64,000 nucleotides of DNA from Squalus acanthias (lineage: Eukaryota): assembly GCA_030390025.1 (NCBI GenBank), contig CM059426.1, forward strand, positions 27,590,001 to 27,654,000, given 5' to 3'. Each line of letters opens with the position of its first letter. Positions within the stretch are counted from its first letter, which is position 1. Positions 23,768 through 36,022 of the stretch are shown here, in pieces. The position numbers and the translations under genes were made by a program. A model generated the notes under the pieces. It ran no database searches. It was not told the origin of the DNA and saw only the letters and a program-made list of their open reading frames with translations.

Positions 23768-24593
23768 AAATATAATGTGGATAAATGTGAAGTTATCCAC
23801 TTTGGTAGAAAAAACAGAAAGGCAGAGTATTTCCTAAATGGTGAAAGATTGGGGAATGCAGATGTTCAAAGGGACCTGGGTGTCCTTGTACATGAGTCAC
23901 TGAAAGTGAATGTGCAGGTGCAGCAAGCCATTAGGAAGCCAAATGGTATGCTGGCCTTCATTACAAGAGGATTTGAGTACAGGAGTAAAGAAGTCTTACT
24001 CCAATTATATAGGGCCTTGGTGAGACTACACCTGGAGTGTTGTGTGCAGTTTTGGTCTCCTTACCTCGGGAAGGATGTACTTGCCATGGAGGGAGTGCAA
24101 CGAAGGTTCACGGGATTGATTCCTGGGATGGCAGGACTGTCATATGAGAGGAGATTGAGTGAACTAGACCTGTATTCTCTTGAATTCGGAAGAATGAGAG
24201 GGGATCTCATTGAAGCATGCAGAATTGTTACAGGGCTTGATGATAGGCTGGATGCTGGGAGAATGTTTCCATTGGCTGGGGAGTCTAGAGTCGGGGGCCG
24301 CAGCCTCAGGATGGGGGGTGGGCCATTCGGGACTGGGATGAGAAGAGATTTCTTCACACAGAGGGTGGTGAATCTTTGGAATTCTCTACCCCAGAGGGCG
24401 GTGGAGGCTCAGTCATTGGGTATATTCAAAACAGAAGTCGCTAGATTTCTGACTAGTAAGGGCATCAAGGGATATGGCGATAGTGCTGGTGAATGGAGTT
24501 GAGGCAGAAGATCAGCCATGATCTCATTGAATGGCGGAGCAGGCTCGAAGGGCCGAATGGCCTACTCCTGCTCCTATTTCTTATGTTCTTATG
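23768..24593 (+). mobile_element. CR1 subfamily ii-like copy with clustered A-to-G changes
   Basis: RT C-terminus and full tail; many R>G, Y>C, I>V, T>A, N>D replacements relative to sibling copies. Confidence 0.92.
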
Positions 24594-27500
24594 GTGCTTT
24601 GCCAAGTGTCCATTCCTCATGTGTGGCAGACTCTTCCATTGTGGGGGGGCAGCACAACCAAGCTCAATCCTGTCCGCATCCAACATCCACACATGACGCT
24701 TGCGGCAGAGGTCTTTGGACAGTGATCAGGAGAGCAAACTGGACGGTTTTCCTCCTTCCCTATCCCTCTTCAATCAATAACGATGGATTTATTAGTGCAT
24801 ATATTTTTTAGCAGACTATTTCCAGTGCAGCTGCAGGCAGGTTAAGTGCTAGTTACTCTGCTGTCTGATATGGATTCAGAATGCTTGTTTTAAATATTCC
24901 CCAAGTGAAAAATAGTTCTTCAGATGTGGTATTTCTAATTTTTAATTACTTAATGGATGTAGTATTACCACATGTGGTATAAACAGAAATTATTGTACTG
25001 TTTATTTTCCCACATTACTGACGTCTGAGGTGACCGTGTTGTTATTGGCAAAATGGTAATCTAGATTTGGGTCGGGAAGATGCGTAACGTGGACAGTTAA
25101 GGTAGCTGGGGGTTGAAGAGTTATCAGGAAATGAATTTGTAATTTCCATTAATCAGGCCTTACATAGCAATGACTTAGAGGAACCTCATTGTATTTTTCA
25201 CTACCAGCTCAAATTTGCACCTAGTTTTGCCTCAAGTGTTGACAGATTTTTTTGCTATTCTTCTGCTTGTCCAACCTTTCTGGACCTGATAGAGGACTAA
25301 GGAATATATTTGTGTCTAAATGCTGTACGTGTTGTACTGAGCTGCAAAGAACAGAAGGTCCAGGTTTGTATTCAATCTGTGTCGTTAGCTGAGATCAGCT
25401 GGGGCCGCAGTTGGCCTTGGTGGACCCTGGGCTGGGGAGGAGAAAATTCAGGCAGGGTTTCCAGTCACTGCTGCTGGTAAGTGCTTGTGTGTGTATTGGT
25501 TGTGATAACCTCCAGTCAAATCACCTGCTGAAGCTCGCTGTTCAGCCTTGTGCATGATAAATGGCCACTCGGGAGAGGTACCCCAGCATGAGTGGGGGAT
25601 TGGGACAAGATCGAGGGGAGAAAATTGAAAAATAGAAAAACTGGGGCTAAAGCTTTAATACTGTATAATCACATCTATCACACAATCAATTATATTCTGA
25701 AAGCCTTGGATTGTTTACCTGCCAAATCCGATCTTGGGACTGTTAACTGAAATATTCTGTAACTGAAGTAAGTAGCAGTTCCAGTAAACAATACCTATTA
25801 ATATTAACTCCTCCCTCCTCTCACTGCAGTAAACAGTACTTGATAGCAAACTGTATTTTATATTGAATGGATTACTCATGTATCCGGAAATGTCCAACAG
25901 TTAATGTTGATTTGCCGAGAATGCGACCAACCCATTCCTGTTTAACTGTTTGTGGTCTCATTGAGGAGCGCTACATAATCAGACCATTCGCACTGTCACA
26001 ATCACCTCTTCGGGCCCACCGAACAGATTTTTGCCTTTTTATGTATGTACTTCCAATTGACAAATGATAGGAGTACAGTCCACTTCTGATCTGATAATTC
26101 TATTTTGTTCTTAAAAAAAAATTAAATTTTTCAATAATTCAAATTAACCAATACAAAGAACACAGCAAAAAATGTCATATCAGATCATTTGAATTCAGCA
26201 ACATTGAATTAAGGAATAGATAATTTATTAGGGATGATGGTGTTATTTCTTGATCAGAGTGCATTATATAATCTTTATTCAGAAGAGATATATCTATTAA
26301 TACTGTGTGATGTTGTATAATAGTGTTGTGCCTATTAACAGGAATGTTGTATAATAACTACAAGGGTGTTTCACTTGAACAGTGTGCACGAAATGTATCC
26401 CTGATTGTTGGACCGTAATAACACTTTTCATTATTATCTATGAGTGTTACACCACTGACATGTTGTAATAATGTGTAGGAGCCATGATATTTTCCAGCAC
26501 CAGCCAGTAAAACAAGTTCTGATAATCAGTTCTAGTCTACTTGCGTGAGTCCAGACAGTGAGTATTAGCAGATGATGAGAGCCATCATAATTGGCTCAGA
26601 TTCTGTATTCACTCAAATCCACACATTATGTACTTTCTAGCAGGAGTCGCTCAATAGCAATCAGGAGTAGGAAGCCTGTCTGATTTTTATCCCTTGTCCG
26701 TAGACACTAGTGACATTTGTCTTCACTGAAAAGTACTGCAGATTGAACTAGGGCCCTTCCAAGTCTATGTGGCTCAATACTGCAACAATCCATTACATAG
26801 CGGACAGTGCAAGTCTATGGTATGAGGACTCTGGAGGCAAGTGACATCTCAGTGAATACACTGCATAATGTACGTAAAGTCAACAAGGATATCTCATCTG
26901 ATGGTAAACAGGATACAGCTGTGCCTGGTGTCCGTGCTTCAGAAATCCAGGAAGGTGGGAGAAGGAAGAGAGAAAATGAACACATTTGAATGGTTCAAGC
27001 CTCAGTTTTCTCGTCTTAATGGTAGGCGTTAAGAAAGCCTCTGATTAGTTATCTGCTGGAGTGGTTACAGCAGAAGCATGGTGTTGGTTTCACAGTGGCA
27101 CTGATAACTCCGATAATCTGCCAGCGTTCAGTGTTTATGCTTGCACATGAAGAATGGCCACTTGGGTGAGCTACTCGCAGGCTTGCCAATTCTCTGATTT
27201 GGCAGGAAATCGTGATCTTGTTGTGCCTGAGAATCGAGGTGTCATGTTTTCTGGAATTTCTTTCTCCTTCTCACTAGAGGATGAGAGAATGCAAAGATAG
27301 CAGGGCTATCTCAGCAGTTATGTTAGTAAAAGATATGTATTAAAACTAAAGATGTTTTAGTGTTTGTGGAGAGCTTTCACTGTTCTTGACCAAGAACTAT
27401 GGTGGCCTGGCTGCCTCCTGAAGGCCTCCTCCATCTCTCCATGTGGCAATTGCAGTGGTTTTATATTACTAGCCCTTCTTTCTGACAATATAAAACTGCT

Positions 27501-28847
27501 TCAGTGCAAAAAAATATATTTTTTGCTGCAAACAAGCACAGGTTGACTCTTGCAAATAAAATACCTAAATAACGCACTATAAAATCATCACCTTTTCATA
27601 AACTTGTGAATCATAGTTCTACTTCACAATGAAAATACTGTTCACTCCCATTAATGGAGAGAAAACCTGATGAACCATCTGGCACCTCTCCCTGAACAGC
27701 AACGATCCGCAAAGCAGTTCACAAAACATTGACATCCTGCCCTGCCCAGGAAGAACTTCGATGTTGGTTGATTATATGAAGAGTGAAATTTTTGCACTGT
27801 TCTAACAATTCTTTTTTCTCTGTATAATCATTATAATAGATACAGCTGAGTGTGTTTATCCACAGTTCAGCCAGTAATATATAAAAAATACCTAATTTTC
27901 TACATGACCTTGCGTCACGCAGGGCTGCTTCTAACATGTTGGCAACTGACTCTGAGGAAAACATTTGCTACTTAAAAAAAATTCCCTGTTGCCGAGCTCC
28001 CCAATGTCCACAGCTGGTAAATGCCGAGTGTAACCTCGAACTGTACAGATCAGAAGGGTCGACATTCTGTGGTGATCTCCGTGGAGGGACGGAAGTCGGT
28101 CTTGGTGTCTCAGGCTAGAAGGCGAATCATTAGCCAAGATGTCTGCTCCTGATCACTTTCTTTTTAGAAAGTTTGCATCTGTGGAGGTCGAGTGAGGACA
28201 GGAGTTGGTTATGATGGTGCCGGTGATTAAATAGCCTTCTGCCACTGATTGTGTAGATTCACGCATGAAAAGTGGTTACGTGGGCAAGAGACTGGAAGGC
28301 ACGTGGCCTTGTCGCAAAGCAAAAGTCGGAGCTTTCATCAAATAACTTTTGAGAAATAATCGAATCGATGAGAAGGGGATTCAGGTGACAATTGTAAATA
28401 ACAATTGCACAAGTTTGCAGTTTACGAACCCTTGCTTGGATTACTGGTTAATTCGCACTTGCCCAATGTCCTGTATGTGTTCGTGTAACACTTAGCAATC
28501 ACTCAGCCCTTTTTAAATTTATTTCAAACCTATCCCTTTTCTGTTCTTGCCCAACCCCACACCAAATGTTCAGTTATTTTGTTCCCCTCGCTGTCTTCCA
28601 TGTCCCGTTTCAGTGCTGGTCATGAGGTGGTTGTTACTGGACATACGAGCAGCCGAATGGTCATGTGATCAGTGTCGTTCCCCCTTTTGGAGCCCAGCGT
28701 GGAGCCTCTGTTTGGTTCCTCTCCCAAAGAAGAAGCAATATTAGGAACTGAGCATTTTATATTACTGGTGTTGCATAGCAAATTGGGTTACTGACACTGT
28801 ACACTGTCCTACAGATTGAATTTGCCCATGTCTCCTCCCCCTGGTAA

Positions 28848-28998
28848 ATAAGAAATAGGAGCAGGAGTAGGCCATTTGGCCCATCGAGCCTGCTCCGCCA
28901 TTTAATAAGATCATGGATGATTTTCTACCTCATCTCCACTTTCCTGAACTATCCCCATATCCCTTGATTCCCTTAATATTCAAAAAAAATCTATCAGT
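28848..28998 (-). mobile_element. CR1 subfamily ii 3' tail
   Basis: ATAAGAAATAGGAGCAGGAGTAGGCCATT... is the reverse complement of the family tail. Confidence 0.88.
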
Positions 28999-29258
28999 CT
29001 GACTGTCTTCTGTATGACAAACTTTTTGGTCAAATCAAAATTTCACACTTAATGGCTGTCAGTAGCTTGAAAACTGAAAGTTTGACAGAAATTTTAACAA
29101 AGGCAAAATTGCTGTCATCTCAGTCAAACTACATTGGGACACAACACTTAGCCCAGGGGCACTGCGGCCATGGAGGCAGGCAAGAATTAACGCCGGTTCC
29201 TGCTGCCGATCACTATCCATTGACTCTTAACTGGAAACTGCACCTGTGTGGATATTGG

Positions 29259-29395
29259 ATAGAATCATACAGCACAGAGGGAGGCCATTCGGCCCATCAT
29301 GTCTGTGCCGGCTCTTTGAAAGAGCTATCCAATTAGCCCCACTCCCCTGCTTTTTCCCCATAGTTCTGCAAATGTTTTCCTTCCTATCCACAATC
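29259..29395 (-). mobile_element. CR1 3' tail (subfamily iv-like)
   Basis: ATAGAATCATACAGCACAGAGGGAGGCCATTCGGCCC, similar to 51153-51300. Confidence 0.75.
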
Positions 29396-29424
29396 GCCCC
29401 TCTTCCTCCTGCTTCCCTATTCTG

Positions 29425-29896
29425 GAGACTGGTTCCTGGGATGGGGGGATGGTCCCATGAGAGATTGAGGAGACTAGGCCTATATTCTCTCGAGTTTAGA
29501 AGAATGAGAGGTGATCTCATTGAAACATACAAAATTCTTACAGGGCTTGACAGGGTAGATGCAGGGAGGATGTTTCCCCTGGCTGGGGAGTCTATAACCA
29601 GGGGTCACAGTCTCCGAATAAGGGGGCAGCCATTTAGGACTGAGATGAGGAGAAATTTCTTCACTTGGTGGTGAATCTTTGGAATTCTCTACCCCAGAGG
29701 GCTGTGGAGGCTCAGTTGTTGAGTATATTCAAGACAGAGATTGATAGATTTTTGGATATTAAGGGAATCAAGGGATATGGGGATAGTGTAGGAAAGTGGA
29801 GTTGAGGTAGAAGATCAGCCATTATCTTATTGAATGGTGGAGCAGGCTTGAGGGGCCAAATGGCCTACTCCTGCTCCTATTTCTAATGTTCTTATG
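29425..29896 (+). mobile_element. CR1 subfamily ii 3' fragment
   Basis: LGLYSLEFRRMRGDLIETYKILTGLDRVDAGRMFP; full tail. Confidence 0.92.
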
Positions 29897-30914
29897 AGAA
29901 TAGCCTGCCACCACTGCCTGGGCTTGCGTGAAGAATGGGCAAGGTATGGGAGAGTGGCTGGTGCCAAACAGTGGGATGATGCCCTGCCCTGCCCTTGTAT
30001 GGTACTGAGTTGCACAGAACAAAGAAGCCCTAGATTCCATCCCTGATTTGTGCTCAATTGATCTTAGCTGGGATGGGGCTATGATTGGCCTTAGTGTTCC
30101 TGGGTGAGGGGGGAAATCTGCCAAGTGTCTTGCTCTTGATTGCTAACCAGCTGTAAAGTAAGTGTGTGTGATGGTTGAGGATAGGATTGTGATATCCCCT
30201 GCCCCTTATTGTTGAATAGTCTGCTGCCACTTGCTGTCCGGGTTTATGCAAAAAGAATGGGCACATCGTTGAGATAGTGGCAGGGAGCCAGGTCTCACGG
30301 AATTGTACCTAGGCCTGTTCAGTCTCGGTTAATTTGGTTTGAAAATGTGACCTATATTGGCATATCTCATTTTAAAAAACACACAGTGCAATGGGTTTAT
30401 GAGACATCTCAGGAGAACAGGGGGGAAAAAAACTTTCAAACTTATCGCAGTATCGGCATCGCTGATTGATGGGACTGATCAGAATCAGGGCCCCGATTGT
30501 AAAACCTGATTAACTGTGCTGTGTTTCTCTCCACTAACAAGAACATAATCCTTCAGCCCTTCTGTGACTGAACCTGTGAAGAACGCAGCCAGCCTGCTTA
30601 CTTGTTAGTGGAATAAAAACAAGGAGCTAGCTAGTGCCAAGAAATAAAAGAAAGCAGAAAACTTACAGTTCTCCTGTTTCTTGTTCCTCCAGAAAACAGG
30701 ATCTGTAAGATGATCCTGAAAGTCATGCATATTTTAGTGATACTGCCTCTTTAGGAGGGAGCCTGCCCCTACCCCCAGGGCTATGAATTCTCTTTCTTAT
30801 ATTCTTGTTTGTTGTGATTTCTTAATTTTTATTTTGCTTGCTGGTTCCACTTGAGCATCAGTGGAACACTAACAAACATTGCTAAACACCACATTAAAAA
30901 CTAACACGCACACT

Positions 30915-31285
30915 TCCCTGATGGCCCAGTCGGTAAATGTCCTACACCATGAGCATCCCAGGTTAAATACTTTGCCTTGTTGAGTTATGTGGTCTGCCAC
31001 AATTGTGGGAGCCACAATTGACCTCCGTGTTCCAGAGTTAGGGTCAGGAATATTTGGCCAAGGCCCTCGCTCCTGATCACCATCGAGTGAGCCCCACCCT
31101 TGCCCAGAAAGTGCACGTGCGGACAGTGGGAAGGACAGGTTTGGACTCGTGTTATATGCCCCCCCCCTCCCCAAACGCCCATTGTTGAGAAGCCTGCTGA
31201 CACTCACTGTCTACGCTTGCATATAAACAATGCCAAGTTAGGTAAGGAACTAGAGGGCAGTTGGAGCTGAGGGAGAAAAGGAAAG
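30915..31285 (+). mobile_element. SINE family B, near full-length decayed copy
   Basis: A-box-like TGGCCCAGTCGG head, family core blocks, purine-rich tail. Confidence 0.65.
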
Positions 31286-31754
31286 AAATTGTGGTGTTGG
31301 GGAGAGGGGATTGAACCTTTTATTTTTTTAAAAAAGGCACAGTTCTTCCTTTAACAAAATAGGTACTAGGGCCAGCTGCCAATAATTAGGACGCAGCATA
31401 ACTGCATTGTCCGCTTTGGGGAGTGCAGCTAATGCAGCCTTCAAATTATGAAGGGCCTAGTGTAGTGCTGAATCATCACGCAGGACTCTGTTTAGCCACA
31501 GCAGTGCTCTAATAAGACTTTAAAAAATGACTTGCATTTATATAGCACCTTTCATGACCTCTGGACGTTCCAAAGTGCTTTGCAGCCAATGAAGTACTGT
31601 TGTAATGTAGGAAAATCAGAAGGGAAAGACAGCAATGGTGACATTAATTGGCACAGGCAGAGCAACTGTAAAATCACCTGTTTAAGGTAGCAAGGGATTT
31701 TAATAAAAAATGTAATAATTGTGCTTATAGTCACAGATAGATATCTAGTGAGTC

Positions 31755-34740
31755 TCTTCTTAGGCAGTCCCTCGGAACCGAGGATGATTTGCTTCCACAC
31801 TAAAAATGAGTTCTCAGGTCACTGATGAGTCCAATCCGGGTCCTACAGTCTCTGTCACAGGTGGGGCAGACGGTGGTTGAAGGGGCGGGTGGGTGGGGTG
31901 CTTGAGTTGACGTGCGCTCCTTCCGCTGTTTGCGCTTCGCTTCCACTTGCTCCCAGCAGAGAGACTCGAGGTGTTCGGCACCTTCCCGGATGCTTCTCCT
32001 CCACTTTGTGTGGTCTTGGGCCAGGGATTCCCAGGTGTCGGTGGGGATGTTGCACTTTTTCAAGGAGGCTTTGAGGGTGTCCTTGAAACGTTTCCTCTGC
32101 CCACCTGGGGCTCTCTTGCCGTGTCAGAGCTCCGAGTAGAGCGCTTGTTTTGGGAGTCTCGTATCGGGCCTGCGGAGAATGTGGCCCATCCATCGGAGCT
32201 GATCGAACGTGGTCAGAGCTACGATGCTGGGGATGTTGGTCTGAGCGAGAACACTGACGTTGGTGCGCCTATCCTGCCAATGGATTTGCAGGATCTTGCG
32301 GAGGCAGCGTTGGTGGTACCTCTCTAGTGCTTTGAGGTGCCTGCTGTACATGGTCCATGTCTCTGAAGCATACAGGAGGGCGGGTATCAGTACGGCTCTG
32401 TAGACCATGAGCTTCGTGCCGGGTTTGAGGTCCTGGTCTTCAAACACTCTCTTCCTCAGGCGACCGAAGGCTGCACTGGCACACTGAAGGCGGTGTTGGA
32501 CTTTGTCATCGACGTCTGCCCTTGTTGACCGTAGGCTCCCGAGTTATGGAAAGTGGTCCACATTGTCCAAGGCCTTGTCATGGATTTTGATAATCGGGGG
32601 GCAGTACTGTGTGGCGGGAGCAGGTTGGTAGAGGACCTTTGTCTTATGGATGTTTAGTGTAAGGCCCATGCTCTCGTACGCTTCAGTGAAGGTGTTGACG
32701 ATGGTTTGGAGTTCGACCTCCGAGTGAGCGCAGCCGCAAGCGTCGTCTGCATACTGTAATTCGACGACAGAGGATGGGACGACCTTGGATCTGGACTGGA
32801 GACGACTGAGTTTGAACAGTTTCCCGTTTGTTCTGTAGATTAGCTCCACTCCAGCGGGGAGCTTACTGAGAGTGAGATGGAGCATTGCAGCAAGGAAGAT
32901 CGAGAAGAGCGTTGGTGCGATGACACAGCATTGCTTGACCCCGGTCCGTACGTGAACTGGGTCTGTGGTGGATCCGTTGGTCAGGATCACGGCTTGCATG
33001 TTGTCGTGAAGCAGGCGGAAGATGGTGACAAACTTTTGAGGGCAGCCGAATTTGAGGAGGACACTCCATAATCCCTCACGGTTGACGGTGTCGAAGGCCT
33101 TTGTGAGGTCAAAGAAGGCCATGTACAGCAGTTGATGCTGTTCCCTGCATTTCTCTTGTAATTGACGTGCGGTGAAGATCATGTCCATTGTGCCCCTTAG
33201 TGGGTGGAATCCGCATTGCGACTCTGGGAGGAGCTCTTCAGCCACTGCGAGAATGCGATTGAGGAGGATTCTTACGATGACTTTCCCTGTGGCAGACAGC
33301 AGGGAAACTCCTCTGTAATTACCGCAATCGAACTTGTCACGATTACGGCGTCTCTGAGATCCCCTGGCATGCTCTCCTCCTTCCAGATAAGAGAAATGAG
33401 TTCATGTATTCGTGCCAATAGTGCTTCTCCGCCATGCTTTAGTGCCTCGGCGGGGATTCCATCTGCTCCTGAGGCCTTGTTGTTCTTCAGTTGTCGGATG
33501 GCCTTTTCAGCCTCAAGCTGGGCTGGGGTTGTGCTGAGGTGGTGGCGGGTAGCATGCTGCGAGATGGAGTTGCGTACACTCACATCGAAGACAGAGTCTC
33601 GGTTAAGGAGATCTTCGAAGTGCTCCTTCCAGCGGGCACTGACTGCCTCTCTGTCCTTGATGAGTACCTCTCCGTTCTTGGCCTGCAGTGGGGTAGGATC
33701 TTGGGTGCTTGGGCCGTAGGTGATCTTGACTGCGTGAAAGAATCCACGCACGTCGTGGTTGTCAGCTAGCTGCTGGATCTCCTGCGCCTTCTCCACCCAC
33801 CATCTGTTCTTTAGGTCGCAAGTTTTTTGTTGGATCTCTGCCTTCAGGCGTCTGTAGAGCTGCTTTCTTGCTCTCGAGTTGTGTTGCTGTTTCCAGATCA
33901 GGAATGCCTTGAGCTTGTGGCTTATTAGCTCCTGGACTTCTTGGTCGTTCTCATCGAACCAGTCTTGATGTTTCCTGGTCGAGTGACCGAGCGTCCCTTC
34001 GCAGGTGCTGATTATGGAGGCCTTGAGTGCAAACCAGGCGCTGTGGACACTCTGTGTCTCTGAAACACTGGGAGGAGTCAGGTTGGTTGTGAGGCGCAGG
34101 CTGAATAGGGCTTTCTTAGCAGGGTCTTTGAGTGCTCCAGCGTTGATTTTCCTGCGGCATTGTTTCTGTTGCCACCGCTGTTTTGGGGCTACGTTGATGG
34201 AGATGACAGAGCGGATTAGGCGGTGGTCTGTCCAGCAGTCGTCAGCTCCTGTCATGGCGCTGGTGATGCGGACGTCCTTGCAGTCCCTCACTCGGACGAT
34301 GACGTAGTCCAGCAGATGCCAGTGCTTGGAGCGAGGGTGTTGCCATGAAGCCTTGTACTTGTCTCTCTGACAGAACAAGGTGTTGGTTATGACAAGGCCA
34401 TGTTCTAAGCATTTCGTCAGGAGGAGGGTGCCATTGGAGTTGGCTTTCCCTACCCCCTCTCTGCCAATCACACTACCCCAGAGGTCTGTGTTCTTTCCAA
34501 CTCTGGCGTTAAAGTCACCAAGGAGGAACAGCTTGTCGTCCGTTGGGACTTGGGACAGGGATTATTTGAGGCTGGAGTAGAATTCCTCTTTGGTCTCATC
34601 TGTGACTTCCAGTGTTGGGGCGTACGCACTGATGACCGTAGCGCACTGGTTCCGGGCTAGGGTGAGCCGAAGAGGGCGTTCGTTTATTCCGCAAGGGGAG
34701 TCTCAGACGTCCAACTAGCTCTTTTTTTATGACGAAGCCT
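31755..34740 (-). mobile_element. RTE-clade LINE, 5'-truncated within the endonuclease
   Basis: WQHPRSKHWHLLDY, DCWTDHRL, LPESQCGF, FFDLTKAFDTVNR, GVKQ, LQYADD, RLPKQALYSEL, C-terminal CPTCDR.C; AAG-type tail. Confidence 0.95.
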
Positions 34741-35288
34741 TCCCTGGGCCCCGACCCCGCTGCTGGTCTACTGAGTATCTCTGCAGTGCCATTTGTATGT
34801 GACCTCATTTGGACAGATGACTCGCAGCTTCTCTCTCTCGGGCGAAACCAAGTGCGCCGAATATTTTATCTCATGAGGCTGGCACCTTTAAGCACCTGAG
34901 TGGCGTGTGCCCTCTGTGTGCTCGATTGGGCCGTGTAATGGCTGTCCTTCATATGACCTGTGCATTGACCCTTGCAGGAGTAAAGGATCCTATTATTCCA
35001 GTGTGCCATATTGTGATTTGTTTGTTATGGCAACCTGGAGGATTTGACCTGAATTTGCATCAAATTAAAATGCACAATCTCCTGGCTTTATCAAGTTAGC
35101 TGATCTTCGGTGGGGTGAGTGGTTGGACTGCTACAATTGGGCTCCATGTTCCCTGACTAGGGAAGGGCAAAACGCAGCCAGTCACTTCTGATCAGTCTCC
35201 AGTGTTGGAAAGTGCCTTTGTGAGGATGTCGGGTGAAGTCGGGCTGTAATACCCTTTTTGTGGTAAAATAGGCTTCTGATGCTCAGGA

Positions 35289-35800
35289 GGGCATTTTAAA
35301 CCCTCTTTCCTTCCCCCTCCCCCACCCGCTGGAAACTGGGTGGATGGCAGTTAAATACTGGCAGTAACATACAGCCGGGGATCCCATGGGAATGGATTTT
35401 AACCTGTTTTCAGCAGGCACGCAGAAGACCCACTGGAAGGTGGCGGGGTCCTGCTTTAAATATGCAGATCGGGCCTCAATGACGTCATCGGTGCCCAACT
35501 GCAATTTTAGTCCGAGGCCTGAGCGGAGGGCCAGACCTGCCGGGAGCTGCATCAAGGACCCGAAGAGGCCCAGTAAGATGAGCTCGAATTTCTTTTTAGG
35601 TTTCCTTGTGGGCCAGGAGAAACAGGGGGTGTTCCACAAGGAAACTTTGAGCCAGCCTGCCCCCCTCCTCCTCCTCCTCCAACCGCAATCGCCCGCCAAT
35701 TCTCCCCCCCCCCCCCCCCCCCCCCCCAATCCGCGATCCAGGACCATTCCCATGGGCTCGGTGGGTCAGAAAAGCTGCTCCTGCCTGCTGGAAGGCTGAC
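35289..35800. mobile_element. Harbinger-like MITE, truncated
   Basis: Shares TTTAAATATGCAGATCGGG...GTCATCG and GTTTCC.TGTGGGCCAGGAG blocks with 47285-47985 in the opposite orientation. Confidence 0.6.
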
Positions 35801-35811
35801 GAGCAACAAGA

Positions 35812-36022
35812 TCCAACAACAACTTGTATTTATATAGCGCCTTTAACGTAGTAAAAGGTCCCAAAGCCCTTCACAGGAGTATTTTAAGACAAAAAATTTG
35901 ACACCGAGCCACATAAGGATGAATTAGGGCAGGTGACCAAAAGCTTGGTCAAAGAGGTAGGTTTTAAGGAGCGCCTTAAAGGAGGAGAGAGAGGCGGAGA
36001 GGTTTAGGCAGGGAATTCCAGG
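35812..36022 (-). mobile_element. L2 3' tail
   Basis: CAACAACAACTTGTATTTATATAGCGCC start; matches 14150-14360 reversed. Confidence 0.85.

Noticed and set aside
30666-30720. 49-nt minus-strand exon (TTTCAG ... GTAAGT)
   Set aside because: Plausible splice sites but no recognisable peptide or partner exons; expected by chance in 64 kb
35704-35727. Long poly-C tracts (also near 44131 and 44326) as functional G-quadruplexes
   Set aside because: Homopolymer expansions within repeats; lengths are prone to sequencing error
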